A stretch of DNA of 64,000 bases from Myxococcota bacterium. Lineage in GTDB: Bacteria > Myxococcota_A > SURF-8 > G963663525. The number at the start of each line of letters is the position of its first letter. The first letter of the stretch is position 1. This document shows positions 48,295 to 58,167 of the stretch, piece by piece. Location: assembly GCA_963676915.2 (NCBI GenBank), contig CAXXVK010000043.1, positions 160,001 to 224,000 on the forward strand. Reading direction: 5' to 3'. The notes below the pieces were generated by a model. That model searched no databases, had not been told where the DNA came from, and saw only the letters and a list, made by a program, of their open reading frames with translations. The position numbers and the translations under genes are program-made.

Positions 48295-49710
48295 ATGGGC
48301 GGATACGATGGGACGAAACGATTTCGGAACGTTGAAAGAGTCGTTCGCTGGTTGGTTGGTTTGTCGATGGCCTTTCTGGTATTTGGTTGCGGCGATCCGC
48401 CGAATTTCACCTGGCCGGATAAACTGCCGGAACTTCCCGTCGTCGATGTTCCCGACCGTACGCCCTATGACGCCTGGAAGGAATGGCGACTCGCCCAGAA
48501 CAGTCGGGAGATGATTGTTGGCGCGAAAGTGATCGATATCACTCCGCTTCGGGAAAAAGGCTACTGGATCGCCGGATATTCCGCCAACAAGCCTTCTCGT
48601 GGTGCGAAAGGACGGATCACCGCCCGGATTCTGTTTTTCGATGACGGCAGACAGTCGCTGGCAATGGTGTCCTGTGATGTGGTCGGATTGATGAACGACC
48701 GTATCTGGAATATCCGTAAACGGCTGAGTTCGACATGGGGGAAAGACGTGCTCGTCACCTCCACACACAATCATGCCGGTCCGGATACGATGGGTTTGTG
48801 GGGACGTTCGCTGTTGCTGATGATTCCTGTCGAGAGCGGAATCGAGGATGGGTATCTGGCGCGAGTCGAGCAGCAGATCGCCGATGGCATCCTGGAAGCG
48901 GCGAAGTCGGCTGTTCCGGCGGATCTGTACGCCGCTAGGACGATGATTCACGAGCAGGTTTCCGAAAACGCCCACAAACCCGGTTGGAAGGACGACGAAT
49001 TGACGGTGATGCAGGCGCGTTCCCGGAAGGACGGCCATACCATCGCTACTATGGTTAATTTCGGCAATCATGCCGAAGCGTTGGGTGGGGATCAGGATTA
49101 CATGCATCCGGATTTCCCCGGCTTTTTGTATCCGCGTCTGGAACGTCGTGAAGGCGGCGTAGCGGCGTTTTTCAACGGGGTTATCGGTGGAATCATCGTA
49201 CCTGCACTCCCGAGACATTTGGAGCACCACAACGAAATCCGCTACAAGTATGCGAAAAAATTCGGAGAATATCTGGCGGATCGGGCTGCCAAAGCCATTC
49301 GTTCGGGAGAAAAATTAAACGTTCGTTCGATACGGGTATTTCGTCAGGCGTTTACCGTTCCGATCGACAACCCGGTGTTCAAATCGTTGGCAACGAAGGT
49401 TGTGTTGAATCAACGAGCGATGAATGAAGAGGGTCGCTTGTATACGGAAGCGTGGCGAATCGATTTCGGTGAGTTGCAGGTTGTCACCGTGCCGGGTGAG
49501 ATTTTTCCCTCGCTGGGATTTGCCATCAAGAGCCGGATGCAAGGAAACTACCGGATGATTTTGGGGCTGGGTGCGGACGAGTTGGGGTACATCATGACGA
49601 AAGAAGAGTACAACGACCCGTTGTATGCTTACGAACAGTCCGTGTCTCTGGGGCCGCAAACCGGACCGATTTTAATGGGACAGGTGCTTGGTCTTCTGGA
49701 AGAAAAGTAG
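48295..49710 (+). CDS. Neutral/alkaline ceramidase N-terminal-domain-like lipoprotein
   Basis: Lipobox VFGC; DITP, STHNHAGPDT, GNHAE, DFPG, VPGEIF, DELGYI, YEQSVSLG. Confidence 0.7.
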   Translation: MGGYDGTKRFRNVERVVRWLVGLSMAFLVFGCGDPPNFTWPDKLPELPVVDVPDRTPYDAWKEWRLAQNSREMIVGAKVIDITPLREKGYWIAGYSANKPSRGAKGRITARILFFDDGRQSLAMVSCDVVGLMNDRIWNIRKRLSSTWGKDVLVTSTHNHAGPDTMGLWGRSLLLMIPVESGIEDGYLARVEQQIADGILEAAKSAVPADLYAARTMIHEQVSENAHKPGWKDDELTVMQARSRKDGHTIATMVNFGNHAEALGGDQDYMHPDFPGFLYPRLERREGGVAAFFNGVIGGIIVPALPRHLEHHNEIRYKYAKKFGEYLADRAAKAIRSGEKLNVRSIRVFRQAFTVPIDNPVFKSLATKVVLNQRAMNEEGRLYTEAWRIDFGELQVVTVPGEIFPSLGFAIKSRMQGNYRMILGLGADELGYIMTKEEYNDPLYAYEQSVSLGPQTGPILMGQVLGLLEEK

Positions 49711-49897
49711 CCCAAAGCGGAACTTTCTGGAAATTTTCGATTGATTTCGGTATAATAGCGTTCGTGCCGTTTACATATGACTCATCAAGGGGAACGAAAA
49801 TTCATTCTGTCGTAGTAATGAAATTAAAATGTAAATATAAAAAAGATAAGATGATTATGTTATAATTTAGCATAATTAAGTTAAATTTGATATTTGT

Positions 49898-49927
49898 TTG
49901 ACAATTTCGCGTTCGTTGGAGTATAAT
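49898..49927 (+). promoter_or_regulatory. Consensus sigma70 promoter of the HTH-pilM operon
   Basis: TTGACA-N18-TATAAT, preceded by a very AT-rich tract (49800-49897). Confidence 0.75.
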
Positions 49928-49973
49928 TGCTTTCAATTGGATTTGTTTCATTTTATGACGGAGAGTGAACGTG

Positions 49974-50234
49974 ATGGTCCCGAACAATGTTCGGCGGCTT
50001 CGAGAAGCCCAATTGATGAGCAAGGCGGAACTGGCTCGCAAAGCGGGACTCTCGGCTCTGACGATCGATCGGGTGGAAAACGGGAAGCCTTGCCGTATGG
50101 ATACGATGCGAAAAATCATTCTGGCGCTTGGACTCGATCTGAAGCAAAAGGATCTCGTTTTCGGCTCGGAATATTTCAATGCCGAGGGAACATCACTTCC
50201 CGAAGCGAAGGAAGCGGGCAAAGACGCCCGTTAA
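49974..50234 (+). CDS. XRE-family HTH regulator upstream of pilM
   Basis: NNVRRLREAQLMSKAELARKAGLSALTIDRVENG. Confidence 0.88.
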   Translation: MVPNNVRRLREAQLMSKAELARKAGLSALTIDRVENGKPCRMDTMRKIILALGLDLKQKDLVFGSEYFNAEGTSLPEAKEAGKDAR

Positions 50235-50252
50235 AGACATTGAGGTGCCTGC

Positions 50253-51308
50253 ATGGGTCGCGGATTAATAGGACTGGATATCGGTTCCAACTCGATTAAA
50301 GTCGTCAGCTTGAAGAAAAACAAGCGCGGGTACGAATTGACCAACTTCGGGTTGGCTCCGCTTCCGCAGCAGACGATTGTGGACCGCTCCCTGATGAACT
50401 CCGGCGCGGTGGTGGATGCCGTGCGCCGATTGATGGATTCGGCGGTGATTAAAACCAAAGATTGCGCGATTTCCATCTCGGGCCATAGCGTTATTATCAA
50501 AAAAATCAGCCTGCCTCAGATGACGAAAACCGAGCTGGACAATTCCATCCAGTGGGAGGCGGAGCAGTATATTCCTTTTGATATCAACGACGTGAATGTC
50601 GCGGTTGAGATTCTCAACCAGGAAGGTTCCGAGCAGGGTCAGATGGACGTACTGCTCGTCGCCGGCAAAAAGGACATGATCTACGATTATACGGCGGTCG
50701 TGTCCGAAGCGGGACTCAATCCGCTGGTCGTGGATGTAGACGCCTTTTCCGTCGTCAACGCCTTCGAGGTCAACTATCCGATTCCGGCGGACGAAACCAT
50801 CGCCCTGATCAATATCGGAGCTTCGGTAACCAATATCGTCGTCATCGCGAACAAAATGACGACGTTTACCCGTGACATCACCATGGGTGGCAACCAGTTC
50901 ACCGAGGAAATCCAGAAACAGCTCAATCTCAGTTACGTTGAGGCCGAAGACCTCAAGCTGGGTGGTGAACCCGGTGTGGATTCGGATTCCGTTATTCCGC
51001 AGGAAGTCGAGCGTGTCATTCGAGAAGTCTGCGAAACGCTCAGTTCCGAAATTCGGCGGTCGTTGGAATTCTTCTCGGCCACCAACCAGGAAGGTGAAAT
51101 CAGCAAGCTGTTCCTTTGTGGCGGAACATCCAAGATTTCATCGCTGCCCAAAATTCTTGAGGGTCGGACCGGCCTGCCGGTCGAGGTCTTTGATCCTTTC
51201 CGTAATATTCGAATTAATGAACGAATTTTCGATATCAATTTTATCCGGCATGAAGCGCCCAAAGCTGCAGTCGCCGTGGGTTTGGCGCTGAGGAGTTTCG
51301 ACGAATGA
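50253..51308 (+). CDS. pilM: Type IV pilus assembly protein PilM
   Basis: IGLDIGSNSIK, SVIIKKISLP, WEAEQYIPF, NIGASVT, AVGLALR. Confidence 0.97.
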   Translation: MGRGLIGLDIGSNSIKVVSLKKNKRGYELTNFGLAPLPQQTIVDRSLMNSGAVVDAVRRLMDSAVIKTKDCAISISGHSVIIKKISLPQMTKTELDNSIQWEAEQYIPFDINDVNVAVEILNQEGSEQGQMDVLLVAGKKDMIYDYTAVVSEAGLNPLVVDVDAFSVVNAFEVNYPIPADETIALINIGASVTNIVVIANKMTTFTRDITMGGNQFTEEIQKQLNLSYVEAEDLKLGGEPGVDSDSVIPQEVERVIREVCETLSSEIRRSLEFFSATNQEGEISKLFLCGGTSKISSLPKILEGRTGLPVEVFDPFRNIRINERIFDINFIRHEAPKAAVAVGLALRSFDE

Positions 51309-51874
51309 TTCGGATCAATCTACTTCCGGTCAAGCAGGCCCAAAAGCGTAGCTTGGGTCAGCAGCAAATCATTCTCGCGGTAATCGCTATCGTGGCGGTC
51401 GTAGCGTTGCTGTATACCAGCAACGAGCGGGAAAGATCGAAAATTTCAGGTTTGGAGACAAAGGTTTCCGATCTGAAAACCGAATTGAGCAAGCTTGATG
51501 ACTTGATCGGCGATGCGGAAGAAGTCAAAAAGCGTGAAACGGAGTTGCAGAAGAAGCTGGACGTTATTAATAAACTGAAAGCTTCGAAAACCGGTCCGGT
51601 CAAAATGTTGGATGAATTGTCCACCATTCTTCCAAGGAAACTTTGGTTGACGAGTTTCAAGATTGGCGGATCGATGATTCAACTCTCTGGCGTGGCTGTC
51701 TCTAACAAGGACATTGCAGTATTCATGCGCAACCTGGAGTCAAGCCCGTTTTTCACAGGGGTGAAACTCAAGGAAGTCAAAGCCCACAGTGCTCAGAAAA
51801 TGGCCAAGGGGGCGGATGTCGAATTCCTTTCGATATTCAAGATGAGCGTCAAATACGTCAAGCCCAGCAGTTAA
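51305..51874 (+). CDS. pilN: Type IV pilus assembly protein PilN
   Basis: MIRINLLP motif, TM, coiled coil. Confidence 0.95.
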   Translation: MIRINLLPVKQAQKRSLGQQQIILAVIAIVAVVALLYTSNERERSKISGLETKVSDLKTELSKLDDLIGDAEEVKKRETELQKKLDVINKLKASKTGPVKMLDELSTILPRKLWLTSFKIGGSMIQLSGVAVSNKDIAVFMRNLESSPFFTGVKLKEVKAHSAQKMAKGADVEFLSIFKMSVKYVKPSS

Positions 51875-51895
51875 GTTTGGGAAGGTTGGATTCCA

Positions 51896-52489
51896 ATGGA
51901 AGAATTTCTCGACCGATTTGCACGAATACCGATTCTCCATAAGATTCTTGGGTTGATCGTTATCTTGATACTGATTTACGTGGCCAATATCTTTCTGTTC
52001 CTCGCTCCGATCGAAGAGGAGCAGGCTAGCGTGAAAAACAAGATTGCCAATCTCGAATCGGATTTGGAGAAAAAGCGGAAGGTGATTGCGGAGTTATCGA
52101 TTTACAAGCGCCGCAAAGAAAAACTGGAGCAGGAGCTTTCCCGCGCTATCAAGCTATTGCCGGAAAAGAGCGAGATCGACGGTTTGTTGCAGCGTCTATC
52201 GGCATTAGCTCGCAAAGCGGGGCTTTTCATCACCTCTTTCGTTCCTAAACCGGAGAAAACGAGCGGATTTTACTCGACGATACCAATCAAGCTGGATTTG
52301 GAGGGTACCTATGTCGAGTTGGTTTCATTTTTCGACTCCGTTCAAAAGTTGAATCGTATTGTGAGCGTCGGAGATTTCAACTTCAACTTAGTCAAGGCTA
52401 AGTCGAAAGGGAAAATCACGGGCAAAAAAATATTGTCCGCGAAAGTTACGGTCACTACGTACCGGTTTTTACCGGGTAAGTTGAATTAG
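51896..52489 (+). CDS. pilO: Type IV pilus assembly protein PilO
   Basis: LPEKSEIDGLL, FYSTIPIKL, LNRIV, VTTYRF; position in the operon. Confidence 0.93.
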   Translation: MEEFLDRFARIPILHKILGLIVILILIYVANIFLFLAPIEEEQASVKNKIANLESDLEKKRKVIAELSIYKRRKEKLEQELSRAIKLLPEKSEIDGLLQRLSALARKAGLFITSFVPKPEKTSGFYSTIPIKLDLEGTYVELVSFFDSVQKLNRIVSVGDFNFNLVKAKSKGKITGKKILSAKVTVTTYRFLPGKLN

Positions 52490-52516
52490 CCCCCGTGTAA
52501 GAAAGGGCTACGGCAC

Positions 52517-53353
52517 ATGATAGGCAAAAAAACAACTCGGATCGCTTTAGCATGGCTGATGATACTCGCTTTTCTGGCTTGGGCTGGTTGCGAGGATGAG
52601 TCACCGGCAGTGAATCAGGTTAAATCTTCGAAAAGCGCTGCAAGTGCAACGGCTGCCGCTAAACAAGCGGAACAGGCGAAAAAGGCCGATCAAGCGAAAA
52701 AGGCCGAAGAAGAACGGAAAATCACGGAAGATTATGTGTATATTTCCGTTGGCAAACGCGATCCGTTTATGTCGATTTACGAAGTCTCCAACGTCAAGAC
52801 CGACAGTACGAGCGGAGGAGAAAACAAGCCAACGATTTTAAGTCCGTTGCAACGTTTCGACGTACAACAGTTCCGTATAACAGGTATTATTTGGGGAACT
52901 GCAGCGCCGATGTCCAATGTTGTTGATCCAGAGGGGCGTTCTCACGTTGTCAAACCGGGAAGTCTGATCGGTCGCAATTGGGGGAAAGTGACGAAAATCA
53001 AGAAAGACAGCATCATCGTTTCCGAGGTGATCGGCGGACCGGAAGGTCGTAAGATCAATCACGAAATCGAATTACGGATGGCGGTGGGCGGTCTGGAGAC
53101 CGGTACGGAAGATGTATATGGTCTGGAAGAATTGGAAGAGGAAGAAGGTGGTGCCGGTGGTAAAGCCGGTGGCAGAGCGACTGCGGCTCCGGATGACGAT
53201 TTGAAAACCGTATTGGAACAATCCAAATCGATTTCCGTTACATCCCAGCCGATTCAGCCCAGGTCGACCGCGCAGCAGCGCCCGACTCCTAATTCCACGT
53301 ACCTGCTGAATTCGGGTAGTGATGTTGTCACGATTCCCGATGTAGATTTCTAG
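52517..53353 (+). CDS. pilP: Type IV pilus lipoprotein PilP with C-terminal extension
   Basis: Lipobox WAGC; GKRDPF, PLQRFD, IGRNWGKV. Confidence 0.92.
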   Translation: MIGKKTTRIALAWLMILAFLAWAGCEDESPAVNQVKSSKSAASATAAAKQAEQAKKADQAKKAEEERKITEDYVYISVGKRDPFMSIYEVSNVKTDSTSGGENKPTILSPLQRFDVQQFRITGIIWGTAAPMSNVVDPEGRSHVVKPGSLIGRNWGKVTKIKKDSIIVSEVIGGPEGRKINHEIELRMAVGGLETGTEDVYGLEELEEEEGGAGGKAGGRATAAPDDDLKTVLEQSKSISVTSQPIQPRSTAQQRPTPNSTYLLNSGSDVVTIPDVDF

Positions 53354-53363
53354 GGAAGGAAAG

Positions 53364-53392
53364 TTGCGCTTTTTCTTTTAAGATAGTATAAT
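53364..53392 (+). promoter_or_regulatory. Putative internal sigma70 promoter for pilQ
   Basis: TTGCGC-N17-TATAAT. Confidence 0.55.
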
Positions 53393-53651
53393 ATACTAAA
53401 TATAACCAAAGGATCGTTAACGTTCCCATGGCGGTACGACGGAGGGAGGGTCGAAAAAGAAGCCACCGAAAGCGAATCGCTGGGAATGATCGATAAAGAT
53501 AAGTGATCGATAGAGCCAATCCGGCTCGGACTGGATACGGGTAGAGGAAAGGAATTCATCGGATATGTTTCGCGCCTTGAATCGAAACCGGAATAAAGGG
53601 AGCGGCTATGTCTCGAACAACCGAAACATGCAGCCGTATAAAGGGAGTCCA

Positions 53652-56555
53652 ATGAACAGACAGACGAACATGTTGCAGCTTGCGGGTCTGTTGATGGTGC
53701 TTGCTTTGACGAGCTGTGCCTCTGGAAAAGCGACCGCGCCTTCAAGCGAACCGAGTTCTCCTGGAGATAATATAGCCAGGATTTCCTCGCTTGACATCGA
53801 CAGACAGCAAAGCCAGACCCTGGTTTCCATCGAGGGCGAAGGCAAACTAACACCGATGGTCCAGAAATTGTTCGATCCTCCCAGGCTGGTGGTCGATTTC
53901 TCGGATGCCGTAGGTGACGATCTGCCTCCTGTCCAGGTTGTGGAAGACGGATTGATAGAGGTTATTACTGCCAATACGCTGGTGGGACCGGACAATCACT
54001 CCGTGCGGTTGCTGTTTGGTTTGGAACAGGATCTGGAATATGCAGTCCGCGACACAGACGGCAAGCTTGTGTTGGTGTTCGATCATCCTGAAGGGTATGT
54101 GGCTGAAGCGCCTCAAAAAGAGGTTCAGGAAGAATCGAAAGAAGAGATTGCTTCCGAACCGGTTGCCGCTGTAGCTGTTGCGCCAGTTGTGGAAGAACCG
54201 GTTGAAACGCCGGTCGAGCTTCCCAAACTTCCTGAATGTGTTGATGGTGAGCCGGTCGTTCTGCATCAGGCACAAGGTGCTTCGAATGCCACCGTATCCG
54301 GTTTGCATTTCAAGGCAAACGAAAATGGTGGTGTGCTTGATGTTCGTAGCAACAAGCCGCTTACCGACGATCAATTTACATTATTACGTTTGTGCGATCC
54401 TGATCGCCTGGTCGTGGATCTTCCGGGTGCGAAAGCGCAAAAAAGCGTGAAGCGCACCTATAAAGGCGATGGAACGTATCTCGAAGGTATCCGAGTGGGT
54501 AAGCACAGTCAGAAAGTGCGGATCGTGCTTGACCTGAAACAGCCGTTGCCAATGTTTGATTTTACTTCGGAAAAACGTAGCAACCATTTCGCCTTTACTC
54601 TTCCTGAAGAACCGAAAGTCGCTCCAGAAACGGCGATTGCGGCTGCTCCGATTCCGGAACCGGTAAAAGAAGAGGTTCTAGAAGAACCCAAGCCGGAAGT
54701 TGTCGAAGCGGTTGATCCCATTGCCTCTGTCGTGAATGAACCGGTTCAAGTTGCTGAAAAGAAGGAGGAAATTCCTTCGTCGATGGCGAGGCTCGATGCC
54801 CTGGAATTCCGTCACGCACCCAATCGTGCCGTTGTGGAAATGAAGCTGGACAAAGTGGCTGACTATCGACTGGTTTCGGCATCGGACGACCAGTTGGTGC
54901 TTGAACTGCCGAACACGATGATTCCTTCTCACTTGGAACAAAGTCTCGATACCAGTGAGTTCAACGGGCCGGTGAAACTGGTCAGCTCTTTCAATTCGAC
55001 TGATGGCGAGTCGATGAGCCAGATTGTTATTCATACTTCGGAAAAAGTCGCCAACCGTGTATGGAACGACAACAATACATTGTATTGGGAGTTTGATTTC
55101 GAAGGAGATAAAACGGCTCAGGGTAGCGGTGAGGGCAAAATCGCCGTCAACGCCGCTGGAGATACGGTTATCGAATATGCGGACGAGCAAACCGCCCCGA
55201 TGGGGGAAGGCGCTTCTGCCAATCCTTACGCTGCCGAAGAGTTCCAGTACCGCGATCCTTTGGGAGATGCCTCTGGCGGTCAGCGAATTTCTTTGGAACT
55301 GAAAAACGCCGATATTCTTGACGTCCTGCGTCTGATCTCGGACGTTAGCAAACTTAACATCATCACCTCGGACGTTGCCGGAACCGTAACGGTACGCTTG
55401 CTCAACGTTCCTTGGAAGCAGGCTTTGGAAATCATTCTTCGTTCCAAAGGTCTGGATATGGAACGCAAAGGCAACATCATTCGGGTGGCTCCGATTGAGG
55501 TGCTGGCTGCCGAACGGGATATCAAGCAGAAAATGTGGGAATCGGAAATGGAAAGTATTCCTCTGCATCTTCGCCTGATTCCGGTCAGTTATTCCAGTGC
55601 GACCGATCTTTTCGATGATGTGTCTCAACTTCTTTCCGAGCGTGGAAAAGTCAGTGTGGACGAACGCATGAACGTGCTGATCGTCAAAGACATGCTTGAA
55701 AACGTATTGCAGATCGAACAGTTGGTCGCCAAACTCGATATGCAGACTCCGCAGGTCAGCATCGAGGCGAAAATCGTCGAAGCCGACGTTCGGAACGTCA
55801 AAGGTTTCGGTATTCAGTGGGGCGGTTATTATCAAATGTCCGCACTTACCGGTAACTCCACCGGGTTGGCTTTCCCGAGCAACTTGGGAATCAACGGTGG
55901 CCAGGACTTGACCAACACCCCCGGTGTTCCGACGGCAGGAACTCCCGATTACGTGGTAAATGTTCCTATCGCTACTTCGACTTCCGGTATTGGTATGCAG
56001 ATGGGTAGCGCAAACAATGCGGCTTCCTTGTCGCTGCGTATTCAATCCGCCGAGGTCAACGGCAAACTGCGGGTTATTTCCTCTCCGAAAATCACAACGT
56101 TGGACAATACCGCTGCTGTTATCGAGCAAGGTATCCGTATTCCGGTTACCACGATTTCCGCTACCGGACAGCCCAACTCGAAGATGGTTCCCGCCTTGCT
56201 GAGACTCAAGGTGCTGCCGCACATCACGGCCGATGGAAGCATCATCATGAAGCTCAACATTGAAAAAGACGAAGCCGACTTCTCTCGTCAGAACGAACGC
56301 ACCAAAGACCCGGCAATCGTTTCCAAGAAGGTTCAGACCGAAGTATTGGTTCGTACGGGAGAGACGGCGGTTATCGGTGGTATCTATACGAAAAAACTGG
56401 ACGAATCGTCCCAGGGGGTTCCTGGATTGATGCACATCCCGATTCTTGGCTGGATCTTCAAAAACTACAGTTCCACGCAAGAGAAGACGGAATTGCTGGT
56501 CTTCATCACCCCGCGGATCATGACCAGGACTCAGTCCTCGATGTCAATGAATTGA
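53652..56555 (+). CDS. pilQ: Type IV pilus secretin PilQ with AMIN domains
   Basis: Lipobox LTSC; AMIN-like PPRLVVDF and PDRLVVDL; ISLELKNADI, VPWKQAL, QVSIEAKIVEA, ELLVFITPRI. Confidence 0.97.
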   Translation: MNRQTNMLQLAGLLMVLALTSCASGKATAPSSEPSSPGDNIARISSLDIDRQQSQTLVSIEGEGKLTPMVQKLFDPPRLVVDFSDAVGDDLPPVQVVEDGLIEVITANTLVGPDNHSVRLLFGLEQDLEYAVRDTDGKLVLVFDHPEGYVAEAPQKEVQEESKEEIASEPVAAVAVAPVVEEPVETPVELPKLPECVDGEPVVLHQAQGASNATVSGLHFKANENGGVLDVRSNKPLTDDQFTLLRLCDPDRLVVDLPGAKAQKSVKRTYKGDGTYLEGIRVGKHSQKVRIVLDLKQPLPMFDFTSEKRSNHFAFTLPEEPKVAPETAIAAAPIPEPVKEEVLEEPKPEVVEAVDPIASVVNEPVQVAEKKEEIPSSMARLDALEFRHAPNRAVVEMKLDKVADYRLVSASDDQLVLELPNTMIPSHLEQSLDTSEFNGPVKLVSSFNSTDGESMSQIVIHTSEKVANRVWNDNNTLYWEFDFEGDKTAQGSGEGKIAVNAAGDTVIEYADEQTAPMGEGASANPYAAEEFQYRDPLGDASGGQRISLELKNADILDVLRLISDVSKLNIITSDVAGTVTVRLLNVPWKQALEIILRSKGLDMERKGNIIRVAPIEVLAAERDIKQKMWESEMESIPLHLRLIPVSYSSATDLFDDVSQLLSERGKVSVDERMNVLIVKDMLENVLQIEQLVAKLDMQTPQVSIEAKIVEADVRNVKGFGIQWGGYYQMSALTGNSTGLAFPSNLGINGGQDLTNTPGVPTAGTPDYVVNVPIATSTSGIGMQMGSANNAASLSLRIQSAEVNGKLRVISSPKITTLDNTAAVIEQGIRIPVTTISATGQPNSKMVPALLRLKVLPHITADGSIIMKLNIEKDEADFSRQNERTKDPAIVSKKVQTEVLVRTGETAVIGGIYTKKLDESSQGVPGLMHIPILGWIFKNYSSTQEKTELLVFITPRIMTRTQSSMSMN

Positions 56556-56568
56556 ACAGGTGGTTACA

Positions 56569-58032
56569 ATGAAATTTAAAGTTAATCCGTTCATTCCACT
56601 GATGGTTTTCGCGATTCTCTTAAGTGTCGCAGGAACTGCCTGTGAAAGCGCGAGTATCGAAACCTTGGTGATTAACGGTGTTCTGTCCCCCTGCGAGGAT
56701 ACCGTTCCCGATCCGTCCAGTGGCGGCGGTGATGTAACCCTTATGAGCAGTGGTAGACTCGATCTAGCCGTACAGAACTACATGGGAAATAGTGGATACG
56801 AGGCTTATCTCTGGGTCGCCAACATGGCGGCATCCAGTTTGGATGAAGCCGCAAACATGGACGAAGGAAACAGGGTCCAGTTGAAAAAGGCGACGGTGAG
56901 CTTTATTACGCCCAGTTCGTGGACAAAATTAACAAGTTTCACAAAAGAATTGAACTTGGTGTTGTCTCCCGAAATGGCTGCTGGATTGCGTCTGAACGTC
57001 ATTACAGCAGAGACGTTGGAAGAGATTCGCGAAATCTATCGAACGCGATCTTATCTTTCCGAGCAGCAACTGGCCTACAGTGACGAGATGCTTTACATGG
57101 ATTACGAAGATTACAGGGAGATCTTCGAGGATTTGTATGTGCTTTGCGAAAGCATACAGCAGGAAGCCTGTATGGCGACGGTATTGCAGGCCAAGTTGAT
57201 TTCGGATATCGAACCCATGCTGGAAGAGATCAATGCTCTTTCCGGTGGCGGTGCTGCTTCGATTATCACCAAGGTTGAAGCGCTTCGGGAAAAAGTTGAT
57301 TCCTTGAAAAACGGCCAGACCCGTTGCCACCCTCAAACGGCATTTTGGGATTGCAACGGGTTCGCTTGTGACATTTCTGATGGTGCGGCTTATACCGATC
57401 TTTCAGGTCGGGATTTCCCTGCCGAACTTGATGATCCTACGATTGATCGTCCGGGTTATTGTCGACCGGATTGTTCGGTAGGTAATGGTTGCGCCAACAA
57501 GTGCGACCATATTTCACTTGCTTCCGACGATTGGGCAATTGATAATGCATACAATTACTCGTGGGTTACGAGACCTTACAATATGGATGTCAAATCCTGT
57601 GATTTCGGTCCGCAGGACAAAGGCGTTTGCCGAACGTCTTGCCTCCAGGGATCGATAGATTGCGAGCCGTTCCTGCATCCGATTTCCGGTGAGATCATCA
57701 TGGATTACGATTGCCACAGGACGATATGCACTCCGAAGACGGACGATTTGGACCCTCACATGCCATCGACGTTGATTGTCAAAATCAAGCTAAAAGGAAT
57801 AAGGATGGATGGATCGTCCATCGAAAGCAATCCGTTTTATTATGCGATTGATGTTTGTAAAGGTTGCCTGATCAGTAGTAGTAGCAAGGACTGTGATTCT
57901 GTATCTACGACAGTTCGTCAGTATTACACAGAAATTTATGGTGTGGATTGCATGACCTTAGATCAGGACTATGTAGTTCGTTGCGGATGGCTAAGTGGAT
58001 GCAAAAGGCATTTCTGTCCCCAAAGTGAATAA
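56569..58032 (+). CDS. Cys-containing lipoprotein downstream of pilQ
   Basis: Lipobox GTAC; 13 nt after the pilQ stop; Cys-rich C-terminal half. Confidence 0.8.
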   Translation: MKFKVNPFIPLMVFAILLSVAGTACESASIETLVINGVLSPCEDTVPDPSSGGGDVTLMSSGRLDLAVQNYMGNSGYEAYLWVANMAASSLDEAANMDEGNRVQLKKATVSFITPSSWTKLTSFTKELNLVLSPEMAAGLRLNVITAETLEEIREIYRTRSYLSEQQLAYSDEMLYMDYEDYREIFEDLYVLCESIQQEACMATVLQAKLISDIEPMLEEINALSGGGAASIITKVEALREKVDSLKNGQTRCHPQTAFWDCNGFACDISDGAAYTDLSGRDFPAELDDPTIDRPGYCRPDCSVGNGCANKCDHISLASDDWAIDNAYNYSWVTRPYNMDVKSCDFGPQDKGVCRTSCLQGSIDCEPFLHPISGEIIMDYDCHRTICTPKTDDLDPHMPSTLIVKIKLKGIRMDGSSIESNPFYYAIDVCKGCLISSSSKDCDSVSTTVRQYYTEIYGVDCMTLDQDYVVRCGWLSGCKRHFCPQSE

Positions 58033-58103
58033 AAAATGTGCGTTGCGAATTCTCTTGCATGGTGGCAAAAGCCGAATACACTGTGAAGAGGGTTCAACGA
58101 GTC

Positions 58104-58137
58104 GAAAAAGCCGGTTTCGTTGCAAACCGGCTTTTTC
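58104..58137 (+). terminator. Hairpin with T tract after the pilQ-lipoprotein genes
   Basis: GAAAAAGCCGGTTT-CGTTGC-AAACCGGCTTTTTC. Confidence 0.65.
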
Positions 58138-58167
58138 TATTTTTTTACGCAGGAGAAGAGCAAAACC

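Noticed and set aside
53393-53651. Cyclic di-GMP/GEMM riboswitch before pilQ
   Set aside because: The conserved GGCAAAC..GAAA..GACGCAAAGC-type core was not found by eye
54678-56480. 600-aa minus-strand ORF
   Set aside because: Lies entirely antisense to the conserved pilQ secretin domain and has no recognisable features
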